Made by a program: the position numbers and the translations under genes | The notes under the pieces: generated by a model | What the model saw: only the letters and a program-made list of their open reading frames with translations | The model's database searches: none | Told to the model about the DNA's origin: nothing | In this document: positions 14,116 to 25,425 of the stretch, one piece after another | Numbering within the stretch: the first letter of the stretch is position 1 | Layout: each line of letters begins with the position of its first letter | NCBI GenBank assembly: GCA_002633005.1 | Contig: NMRA01000095.1 | Coordinates: 177,901 to 241,900 of the forward strand | Length of the DNA: 64,000 bases | Direction of reading: 5' to 3' | From: Phoronis australis | Lineage: Eukaryota; Animalia; Phoronida

Positions 14116-15887
14116 AGCCTGTGTTGAATAGGGAGTTAGACATCATATTTCCTCAATGCAGAACTTCGATGCGGTCTCTTTGCCGAACACTTTCTGTTTT
14201 TGGTTTGCTAATGATTTTGATGTTCTTTGTAACAGAAACGGAACTCTTTATCACTGAGAGGAATGTTATGACATCGGTTTTTATGAGTCAAGAGTTATAA
14301 GGCCTTATTCGATTCCGTGTTATTTCGCCAGCTAAGAGGTTGAAATGCATCTCGAAATATTTTTAAGTTTAGGAATTACAAAGCAAAAGTTATCATTTTT
14401 TGTCAAATTTCATAACAAATAGATTTAAATACAGTTTTGCTTCATGTGTATGTATTTTGAAAAGTGTTATTGGATTTGAACACCAGGTTGTTCCACAAAT
14501 TTTGGGGCCGTGCCGACAAGAGCTTTGTTGCGGTTTGCTGTCTTGTTTCAGGAGTTGCCATTTCTTCATCTAATTTGTTATCGTTTCTTCTTAAGTGTCT
14601 TCCTCTAATTATCTGGACAAAGTGCCTTAGAATCTCACAACTCACTGTAATCTGTGTTATTGATCGCTACTGAGCTCCTTAGGGTTATTTGATAACAGGA
14701 GTAATCCATTTGGCCAAATATCTACAAAACTATGGAATTTAACTCTATAAAAATCCATATCTTCTGAACGTAGAAATTACGTATAATTTGATTTTTGACG
14801 TTATATCTATCTGTCATTAGTTAGATCACATGTCTATGTTTTTAAAATTTAGCAAAAATGAAAGTCTAATTCATAACACAAAGTTCCGGTAACGAGAATA
14901 TGACCAAAGTTGGATATGAGTATTTAAGAGAAAATCTCAAAAGTGCAATGATTACCATGAGACAATGTTGTTCAAGATCATAGTTCAATTGGACCAAAAA
15001 GCTTATTCATGATTTTTTCTTGACGTGCCTGGTTTACCTTAATTGGTCGTTATTTTAACAAGAGACGTGATTTGCAACTATTGCCTGATGCTCCAGCGTG
15101 ATGGTTAAGATGAAGGTGATCTAAATGTCTCTTTTCGGAAACACGATGGTGGCTTGGTACGGGGCACTTGGACACACCAAATAGGGCAGTCAAACGTCTG
15201 GCTGATCCTTAAAAACGGTGCTTTGCTGACACTTTAGCTGTATGATAGATTTGCGAGTGATGTAGCATACGTGTTCCAGTTTATACTATGTTGTCCCAGA
15301 ATTGTTGATCAAGCCGTCCGCGGCACTCTGCCCTGTGTTCTAGAAGATGAGTAAAAAAGGGTACGGGTGGCCTGATGCGTTTTGTGTTACATCAGTCGTG
15401 TTTAGACCACAATACCAGACTTGTTACACTAATCACCTGATTCTGACTCATGGGGACACGACATCATCGACATCATCGGATTCCTCATGAATAAAATCTT
15501 CTAATCTGCCTGTTTGTTTCAGAAAGACAGAAAGATTGTTAAACCTGTATGAATTAACGTTAACCAGACAGGTTATGTGTCCATCAAATAGTAGATTACC
15601 GTGTCTATTGTAGGCAGGGCAAATCTCTGGCATAAAATGAACATGCCATGTGCCCTGTGATGATACGGTGCAGAGCTAGGTTGGAGTGTCCAGTAATAAC
15701 CTGCATCAGGTGCCTTATAGCAAGCCTATCTAATCATAACAATTTCTTTGAACCTTTTGCGTACCCACTGTCTTACCTTTGCTCTGCTGGAAGATGAGTA
15801 GGCGGCCCATTGAAGTCTTATTGTTTGATTGTCTTATGCATGCTCTTTTTTGTTTCTATAATGAAATAAGTCATTTACTCTTTCTAG

Positions 15888-18108
15888 AGAGCTCGGATGG
15901 GGAATCACCAAGGTTACATGTCTGACCAACGTGTGTTCTATGATGGAAGAGACGTGAATTTCCTTCGCTGCGAGACGCACAGTGGATACGAAGTTATTTC
16001 CACCTCCCCCTCATATCCCGGGACAACAAATCATCGCAGAGCTTCTTCTAGCCGACCACGGAAGAAACCACTCAATAGTAAAAGTGGGCCATCCTTTGTG
16101 TCTTATGCGACCTCCTGCAGTGCCAAGCTGAGCCCATTGAAAAGTGAACAAAGTCGACCGTTGCTGAGTCAATCATTAGACACTTCCGATTCTGAATACG
16201 AAAATGAGTCTGTTCACAGCCAATCTAGTCGTAACTCTCATCGATATAGTCTGAGTGATGATTTTAAGTGCAATGCAAGACAGCTCCGATCGTGTTCTAC
16301 ACCAACAAATCTGGCGGTACATCCTGGTCTTATGGATAGTGATGGAGGATTGGACAAAATCTCCATGATTGCCAATTTCAGTCCATGTTCTTTGACTGAA
16401 CGCAACTTCCGTTTAGATGCTGCTGACGAGACTTGTCACGAAATCGGAAGTGATGTAAGCCTAGTTGAGTCGAGCTCGTTTTGCAATATAAGTTCCAAAT
16501 CTGAAGTCGGTCCAGGGAGTAACCAGTTAGCTGAGACAGCAGATAATGCAAATTCGAGCATGACAATAATCTCTGAGGGCCCATCCAGCAGCTGGGACAT
16601 AATTCAGGGCGCGTCAGACGTGTCAAACTTTTTGATGAATCGGAGTGACACTACCATAATAGCAGACGATGAAGTGTGTTGTACGAAGTGTGATAATGGA
16701 GTGGTGAAAGGAAATGATGAGAAAATGACAAACTCTGTGTTTAGGGAGAAAACATCAAATGAGCAGTTTTATTACGACTCGAGTAAATTATTCTTGCCTC
16801 GCCCTCGAGCGGTTTCAGAACCTGTCTGTGATGAGGACTGCAGGGTACATTTATGCATGTGTCACACACATAGACATCTGAGTGCTGGTGAAAGTTGGTG
16901 TGGTTCACATGTTAAACATGAGGATAATCCTGTAAGCAAGGCCGTCTGGCATCGACGCACTTCATCCTTAGGTGGTGCTGAAAGAAATTCCAGTCGGGAA
17001 GGCAGTATTCAACGGGAACTCGAAGATGTTTTGTCTCAAACATCGAGCAGCAACAGCTCGCCAATGAAACAAAAGTTGCTAGAGCAACTGGGGTATACAT
17101 CGGACGCGTCGGACACCCCGCTGTCTCCACAGACCCTGAAGGAGATATTTCACAAACGCGACTGGTCAACCTTTTCAGACATTGAGAACACTGGCAGTAC
17201 TACACCATACGAGTCGGATGATGACAGTTCACTACATCGCATTGACAGACTGCTCAATGAACTGGAAGATGTGAAGTCAGAAGTGGCTATGATGCACAGC
17301 AGGTTCGTTCAGTTGAACGCACGGGAGTACAGTGGTGAGCTGTGTCGCGCAGTTGCAGACCCTTACCCTCAGATGTCCCTCCGTCGCTCATCTGGCGCGA
17401 ACTCAGACAAGGAGTCGCCGACACATGCTCATCAGATATTAAAAAAATACAAGTTGAGGAGTCCAAAGATGTCGCGGTCATCACGCGCAAGTGCTGTCTC
17501 TCCCCCTAAAGTGCCAATCTGTAGCGCTGCACTGACCTCTCCTACATGGACAAATAGTGACTTGTTCAGTGGTATAGTGATCAGGGGAGACACTATGACT
17601 GTGTCATTGTCAGAACGATCTGACTCCGGCGTGTCATCTGTGATGAGCTCGGAGAATCATTCAAAAGTGACGTCGCCCGAATTAGACGCAGCGCGCATTG
17701 ATTCTGTGAGCTCACGTGTTGATTTGTGCACAAAACCTGGACTCCATTATGAGCGTGATAAAAAAAGTTTTATTGAGGAAGTGAGGAATATTTCACAGGA
17801 TGTATCTGTTCTCATTCAGTATGACCTGTGCAGTAAGGGCTCAGCACTGACTACAAGTGACAGTGGGCCCGCCATGTTGTATAACTCAGGGAATCCCATG
17901 CATCCGCCTTCTGACAATTCTTCAGGTAACCATGACAACCAACCTACCCAAAATAATGACCCAACTACAGGTGTTTTCAGTGACGAGGACATAATGTCAG
18001 TATCTGAAATTGAAAGTGCATTGGACATGTCTCCAAAGGACCAACTTATGGAAGACCAGGCTCAAGGTCTGGATAATGAAGTGACGTCTGTGAAGGACAT
18101 GCATGAAG
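15888..18108 (+). CDS. OTULIN/FAM105-family gene, 2.2-kb exon encoding a Ser/acidic low-complexity linker with a short coiled coil
   Basis: 738-aa ORF; acceptor tttctag at 15887; phase-1 donor GAAG|gttagt joins the OTU-domain exon at 19675. Confidence 0.85.
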
Positions 18109-19674
18109 GTTAGTTTGGGGCATGTGCCAAAAAACTGTTGGTGGAAAGTGTTACTCTGTGTTCAGAGTGAATCTCTTATGTTTTGGCGGGGTCAAAATTG
18201 TTTGAAGGCAGCAAACGTTGTTGTAGAGACTGTGGTTTTGTGTAATAACATAAATGATCAGAATTCAATTTCAATCGGTAATCTTATTTCTTTTACAGGG
18301 TTAGAGGCTTAGAATAGAATTTCAGTAGTAAATGTCATAATTCTTATAAAAAATAGGAAAGTAATCTATCAAATTCGACATATTCTGGCCACAAATTGAT
18401 CGACAGCCATTTTGCAGCAGACATTTTCTAGTAGTTACTCATTCTCTCTGGAGGTGGCAGTGTGTTTTTTCCCGTTTTGAGATAATAGTGGTTTGCAGCA
18501 TGGGTAAACGTGAGCTGCACCATAATTCACTGCGAAAAGAAATTGACAGATATTTGCGTGTTACTTATCACTTAAAATGGTAAATTAGAATTTGATAATA
18601 TTCAAAACAAGTGTTTCTGGAAACAAAAAGCTAGAGTCTCTACACTAAGTGGTTCTCCAACTGATTGTTACAAGATGCCAGCCCCCTTTAAAGAAGCCAA
18701 ACAACATATCCTTGAATCTGTGACATTTCACGAGTGCCCATATACTGAGAAGAAGTTCATCGTGTGGTTGTTCAAATTTTGATGTTCAAGTCTGTAAAAG
18801 TGTAAAATATATAAACTTGTAATTTTATGTAATGATGCTTAATTTGTACGGTTAAGTGCAAAGTTTCTGTGCAACTATTGGGACCGGCATTTTGTAGCGC
18901 AAAAGATGTCAAGTAAACTAAATTCTCATCACGACTCAGTCATTAAATGACCCCGTACAGTCACAGTATTAAAGAAGTTTTCAATCAAACCTATTTTATA
19001 GAATTGTCGTAGTTTTGAAATGGCTGTTTATTCGACTGTTAACACAATTTTTCGTTTCACTTTCTGTTGCTAATAATAGTAAACCGGTCTTGTGTGAAGG
19101 ATCCTTTTTGACGGAGTGCTAGTCAAATCAGCAGTCGTATGTTTATTGGCTCAGCAATATTGGCATGATAAAAAGAAAACATAGCCAAAGTTGTACTGGC
19201 AGCATTTTGAAATGAGCAAGAATGACAGCATTACTAAATATCAGACTGAGATGACTTACCACTGTTTACTATAGATGATTACGGTCACTGTAGGACCAGT
19301 AGGTAGCACTTGTGGAAAGCAACAATAGTTATTGCAAAGTTGGTGCAACATGAAGTAACATAAATTCTGAGAATTGTCTGTCATTCCGACTTTTGGCAAT
19401 TGAGTATAGACTGAAAAGAAAATTATTCTTTGTGTTTTAATGCAGTAGGTGTTTTTTTTCTTAAAAACTCTTATGATAATGTTGATGATAAAAAGTCTGC
19501 TTCTAAACTTCTCATTCATGTTAAATTGCTCTATAAATGCTGGTGTTAATTTTAATAATAATCTGTTCTTATTTAAAAGATGTTCAAATAATGGCTGGAA
19601 CTGGCACCTGCATTTGTACATGTTTACAAATAATACAAGAGGATATTTGGTGAAAACATTCACATTGATTTCAG

Positions 19675-19787
19675 GAATAACATCTGTCAATAACAACAGA
19701 AGGAGTGTAAGTGAGTTGTGTAAAATAACCAGCTATGTGGCCAAGGAGTGGAGGGGGAGTACTGACAAGGCAGACAGAATACGACAG
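19675..19787 (+). CDS. OTULIN: OTULIN OTU domain exon (SYVAKEWRGSTDKADRIRQ)
   Basis: Matches OTULIN DYCKKEWRGNTQKA; flanked by tttcag and gtgggg, phases consistent. Confidence 0.9.
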
Positions 19788-20451
19788 GTGGGGATTACCA
19801 ATTTATTCATTTCAAGAAATGTCGTCAAGTCATGGCAACACTGTCATCTCCCTCTAGTGTCATGAGCTGTTAACAGAGCAGCAAGAATTACAAAGAAGCT
19901 AGTTCTTGAAAAAACAGGGATTTCTGGCAGTCCTGCATCTTTGTGACAGACGCCTTTGGTTATGTATTCACAAGCAGTCTTGTGTTAGAGCTGACTGTCA
20001 GCCGAGTCATTTTGTTTTTGTCCTTGCAAGATATTTTACTGTTGGTGTCTGAAACTGATACTGGAATATTGGGTCATATTATCATGACTGTGTAGTGTTT
20101 CATTTCGTTTTTCTTCTCTGCTACAGTCTCGGGGAGTTTTGATACGAGACACCTGTGTTCAGGAACTGAATACATCAGTGCTACATCTAGAACATAACTG
20201 GTCTGGTGACTGGTTGCCAATAATTGAAGCGTTATGATGTGTTTATCAGTATTTCATGAAATCTAAGTCTCTTAGTAGCGATGCTGCATTTGCAATTTGG
20301 AACTGTTTTACATTGTTTGTGGAAACCTTGTGGGATTTTCATCATCATGTGCTTGTTTTTTTGTTCATTTCTTTATTCTTTGAAGTGTGTTGTACGTTTT
20401 GCTGCAAAATCCTATCAATCGGTCATTTATCGTATTATCTCCCCACTCTAG

Positions 20452-20595
20452 GGTTACAGTGAAATTGTCGACAACTGGGGCTTCCACTATCTCCGCCAGA
20501 TCAGGGGAGATAACTACTGCGCCATACGTGCCACGCTATACCAAGTCCTAGTCAACAATACCGGCCAGTTCACTGAACTGAAGGAGCTCAAAATG
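20452..20595 (+). CDS. OTULIN: OTULIN OTU domain exon with catalytic Cys (LRQIRGDNYCAIRATLYQ)
   Basis: Read directly; not in the ORF track. Matches OTULIN RRVRGDNYCALRATLFQ; Cys codon 20518-20520; 144 nt, phase 0-0. Confidence 0.93.
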
Positions 20596-21905
20596 GTAAT
20601 AAGCGTGATGTAACCTTGATGTTTGTTGTAGTTTTTGATGTTGGGAGGTAAATTTGGCTTTATGGGCTTGTGTGTTTCCCAACAAAATGTAACTGATGGT
20701 GCCATAGACCCTACTTGGAAATAAATTTCATAGCAATTGTAAGAATAAAAAGCTTGAAATCTGAAAAGCAAATTAAACGGAAATGTAGAATTGAGGCTGG
20801 TCTAAATCCAGTTTCTACCAAAAAACATAATTTTAATTTATACCACTTATCATTATGAAATTGATCTCAAATTGCTACTTAGTCAAAATAGATATGATTT
20901 CAGGGCTTGGAAAGAGGCGACAGTTTGTGATTGGTGAGGATTAGGTTGTACAGGTTGACTTATCACAGCATTATCGAGTAAAAATAGACCGGTAGGAAGA
21001 TCGGAAATCATTCTCACATGAGTTAAAAACAGGTTGAGACCAATTTCATGGGGCTGTTAATCGAAATCAAAAGTTTTAGCTTATTCAGTTGAATATGGGT
21101 TTACTGTTACCATGGCAACACTCCCCAATTTGTGTTTTTAGAGTTGGAAGTCCTTTCGTCTGATCAACGTCTATGAATAAGCTGATGATGTACCAATTGC
21201 ATTGAACTGAATCTGAACTTTTGCTTTGATCAATAAAAGTTCAGTCCGTTGTAATAGTGGCTAAGTTGTTGGTTCGTTGTCGTGGTGGCTAAATAGTCTG
21301 TCTGTTGTCACATTGTGAACATGCCCTTTAAACCAGATTCCATAGTCAACACCAGTTTTTCAGGCCCAGCTTCTATCGTGAGTTGGTAACAGTTAATTAG
21401 ATGACAAGCACTGATGGTAACTACTTTAAAATGAATAGCTCAGGGCATGAGCTTTTATTGACAAAAGCGACGTTACTTGGTCAATTTTTAGAATTCAAAA
21501 ATCGACAGTCAGATTTGTGCCCTCTATTCAGATTTTATGGTTTCTGTTTGGTTTTCATGTCCCAAAATAGAAAATCGAAAAGTACAGCCTGAATGATTTA
21601 AAGCCTTCTATTTAAGTATGATCCAGTAAGAAACATTTATTACTACTTTCGCTGTATGACCTAGCAAATAGTCACTTTATCGATGAAGAACCCACTTGCG
21701 AGAATGGAATGTGGATGAGTCCATTGGGCTCATCGAGCGAGATCAGTGATGAAAACTGATCCAGATCTTCTTCTGAAGGGGATGTTTACAGAATGGTTCT
21801 TTTGGGTTTGCTGACATAATGATGATGGTGTGTTTTCAAGCTGCATTCCATATTTGACCAGCCACCTTCGTGTGATGACGTAAGACTTTTGATTTTGTGT
21901 TTCAG

Positions 21906-22031
21906 AAACTTGAGACTCTCCTGTGTGGTTGCCATAGCTACCTGAAAGGCTGGTCATTTGCCAATCGACTGTCACGTGATATCAATACTGTTGACATGAT
22001 GGGTGTGTGTTTAGACAAACTACTGTCAGTG
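21906..22031 (+). CDS. OTULIN: OTULIN OTU domain exon (KLETLLCGCHSYLKGWSFANRL...DKLLSV)
   Basis: tttcag and gtaggt boundaries, 126 nt open, phase 0-0; corresponds to the OTULIN LISKYNWIKQW region. Confidence 0.8.
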
Positions 22032-23039
22032 GTAGGTACTGAAGATTAATGGATGACACCGAAGAACGTACAGTTCTTTTTAGATGAGCTTCTTCCATCA
22101 TAAACAAAACTTTGATTGAGCCCACTTATTGTTCCAAATCAGTCTCTTGTTCTGCAGTAAGTTTATAATTGGTTTCTGGCCTTGAGAAGAACGGCAGCTG
22201 ATCAATGGTTCAGACAACGCACCATAGTTTCCTTGTTACAGCGAATTAGCTTCACCTCTCATAGCAGTGTCGCTAGACATTTTAGTGCAGTTATTCTATT
22301 GCTCTTAACATTATACAGTTCATTTTTTCCCTTGGTTGGCTGTTGATTCCAGTACAAATAGTCCCCCGTTGAAGAATGTCTTGTTCTTACTCTAAATAAA
22401 TAGCCAATAGTATGTCAGATGACTCATCAACACAAAATGTATTGGTTCCCAACTCTTAAACAGATAATTCAGAGTGGAGTGTAATGTAACATGTTGCCAA
22501 AAAGAAAGAACTTGGCATGGAGGGGCTAGGCTCACCTCTCATTGCATAAAATATTAAAGTGGCATGTTCTTCATAATCTTTCAACATAGTTTTACTTGTG
22601 CGAGTTATATAGTGATGTCACGCTTCAAGCTTGAACAAACCCATCTACGTAGTGAGCTTCATTCACCGCTAGGTCTTTACGTGTTTCTGAGTCAAATGAG
22701 GATTGATTTTGGGTGGGAGGCTATGCCTGGCACGTGAAATGGCCCACCGTGAAAAGTCAACATGTAGAACCTAGTCTCAAGCAGTAGCCATGTGTCAGCT
22801 TTTTTGAAGCCCTGAAATTGCCTCCAATTTGACTAAGAAAACTTTGTAATCGATCTAAGTCAAAATTTGTTTTTATGTTGGAAGGTGGGTTTCTGGCTTC
22901 TTAAAGTGGCAAGTATTTTATTCCCTATTCTGATGTGAAATGCAAGCTTATGGGAATAATGTGCCATAAATTCAAACTGATTAAGCGTTTCTGGAAACAA
23001 TTTAAGTAAAAACATGTATGTGTGACTTTGACTTTAAAG

Positions 23040-23312
23040 GTGAAGGAAGTGTCGCAGTACAGCAGCTTTCGGACGCGAGAAGAGCGTATCCTGGAGCTGT
23101 TTAATGCTGACGACTCTACTGATCTGTTCCTAATGGAAGCTGTCAAGATAATCATGATGTTGACGGCCATCGACCTTCACGACGCGTCCTGTCGTGGCGA
23201 GGACGTACCCGTCTTTGTCTGGCTCATGTTTGCACGTGACACATCAGAGACCCCTGCCATGTTGCTGAAAAACCACCTGAACTGTGTCGGTGACTCTGGT
23301 GGCTTAGAGCAG
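23040..23312 (+). CDS. OTULIN: OTULIN OTU domain exon (VPVFVWLMFARDTS...NHLNCVGDSGGLEQ)
   Basis: Signature FARDTS and NHL..VG..GGLEQ motifs; donor CAG|gtaaga. Confidence 0.93.
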
Positions 23313-24302
23313 GTAAGAGTGTTACACTTCTAATATCTGATGCATTCTTATGAAATGTTGGAATTATTTGGTCACGGCATTTCATCTTGCAGCAAAATTG
23401 TTTGACCACAGTACAGTGCTATGTACGTTTTCTGTTGAATAGTTTAATAAACTCACTTAAGCCAGTCTTAACCAGTAACACCAGTGAATGTGGGTTCTAC
23501 AGTATGTTAAGAGCATCGCCCTGATCCCTCTGGTTCCATAAATTGTTATATGTAACAAATTGTTTGGCACATTGGCTTGCTTTTGCCTACGTCACTGCAA
23601 GAATCCTCTTTTAATTCAAACAGCTGAGAACAAAACCCGCACGCAGTGGTGTCCAATTCAGACCCCCATTCAATAGAACTGTTGTCGGTCTTTTGTTGAT
23701 TTGCCTGAGATCCTGCAGTGATGAAATATATCACGAAAGGGCAGCTTCACCTATCAGTTGATGGGCCTAGGGTTGCATGCTTGAATTCGCGTTTTCTTAT
23801 TTTGCTAAGGCTTTGCTAGGACTACCTTGTTAGCCCAATACACCTAAAACAACAAAATTCCGTTGAAGTTAGGTTTTAAATTCATGTTACCATCAAATCA
23901 TTATCTTTTACTGATCACTAGTTTCAATAAATTTTGTCTCCCTTTGATGTTCTAATGTCGCTGAAGTTCTAGTGATGCATAGTCAGTTGCATCATAAAAA
24001 GCTGAGGATGTGTGAAATTGGTCGTCACTTGCTGACTCCTACTTGGAAATGTAAACTTAGGTCAAACACGCAGCGCTTTTTTACCTCCGCAACAGAGGAG
24101 AGTTCAATTCAGAAAGTAGGACTTTGGTGTATTTTTACTATCTGCCAAAGGCATAAATCAACAAAGTGCTGCTGCAGCCTGCCGGACATTTTATTTTCTA
24201 GGAGTTATTTGAAACTGTTCAGAAATAATAAACTTGTGAATATTGAAAGAAGTGTTGAGAAATATCAACTAAATTGTTCATTGCTGCATTAGATGTCTTT
24301 AA

Positions 24303-24538
24303 GTTTTGGGCCTCCATTGTTGATTAAGGTATCGTTGTAATACTTCATGTTTTGGGCCTCCATTGTTGATTAAGGTTTGTTATAATACTTCATGTTTTGG
24401 GCCTCCATTGTTGACTAAGGTTTGTTGTAATACTTCATGTTTTGGGCCTCCGTTGTTGATTAAGGTTTGTTGTAATACTTCATGTTTTGGGCCTCCATTG
24501 TTGATTAAGGTTTGTTGTAATACTTCATGTTTTGGGCT
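24303..24538. repeat. 45-bp minisatellite, ~5 copies
   Basis: gttttgggcctccattgttgattaaggtttgttgtaatacttcat repeated head to tail with no spacers. Confidence 0.92.
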
Positions 24539-25251
24539 TGTAGTAGATCCCTGCTTCTACGGCTGTTGAACTGTGTAACTAAACACAGCTGAAGAAAGGG
24601 TTTGTGGTCCTGGAATAAGTGAGCCTAGAGTAACCTGATTCATGCGTTCTTTGTTCACTTGGGGAGGTCAATACTTGTTGTGTTTCTATTCACTTTGTTG
24701 AGTCTCCAGTAAACTTATGCTACGAAATTGTTTGCCATTCCTTTGCATACGTGGTTCGTGAGGACTCTCTTGCCTACTTTCATAGTGAGGCGCGGTTCAG
24801 TCCTCTGGATAAACAAAGTTGCTCTGAAGTGTGAGCTCATTTTAGAACTCCTTGTATCGTTGGCCTTTGGCTGGCAGTTTTTGTTGTATTTTGAAATCAG
24901 TACCTCAAGAAATGAGCTTAGGATTTTAGTCAGGGTGATAGCCAGTCTGTTAGTCATGGCAAATGTCTTGGGAGTCAAGTTAGAAATTTGGTCTTACACT
25001 TCCAATCAACAATTTCTGAATAAAATTATCGTCAAGTAATTAAAAGTACATGACGTCTATCAATTATAGATTGAAAACATCTCCAGTATTTAGCAGTTGT
25101 ATGTATATTCTCTGTTGTTTATGTGAGCTTAAATTATTTTTTAGAAATAGTTTTGTGGTGCGTAAGACCAAATTTGTGACTTCAGTGGCAAGCCACTTTT
25201 TTGAAGCAGACTGCTGATGCGTGGTGAAATGAGACATTTGAAATTTTTTAG

Positions 25252-25425
25252 GTGGAGATGTTTCTACTCGCTCACTGCCTGAACATCGGCATTCAAGTTT
25301 TACGACCTTCTCAGCAGGGACAACCGGACTTTGTTACTTACTTTCCAGATGATGCCAAAGATAGAAGTCTCCCATTGGTCAGTCTGATTGCCGAAGATGA
25401 CAGACATTACAACGTAGCCCTCTGA
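25252..25425 (+). CDS. OTULIN: OTULIN OTU domain last exon with catalytic His/Asn (VEMFLL...LIAEDDRHYNVAL*)
   Basis: Read directly. Matches OTULIN VEMFLLAY...LIAEDDRHYNIP; TGA at 25423-25425. Confidence 0.93.
   Translation: MEMFLLAHCLNIGIQVLRPSQQGQPDFVTYFPDDAKDRSLPLVSLIAEDDRHYNVAL

Noticed and set aside
13914-14300. 128-aa ORF with NDMH repeats
   Set aside because: Product of a 12-bp minisatellite, open on both strands; the flanking OTULIN exons already join in frame without it.
15650-15720. Possible intronic C/D snoRNA (gtgatga box)
   Set aside because: No convincing D box with terminal stem and no rRNA-complementary guide identified.
15897-18113. Independent single-exon 738-aa gene
   Set aside because: Phase-compatible splice sites at both ends link it to the OTULIN exons.
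24303-24538. Regular repeats resembling a CRISPR array
   Set aside because: Head-to-tail units with no unique spacers, in an intron of an animal gene, with no cas genes.
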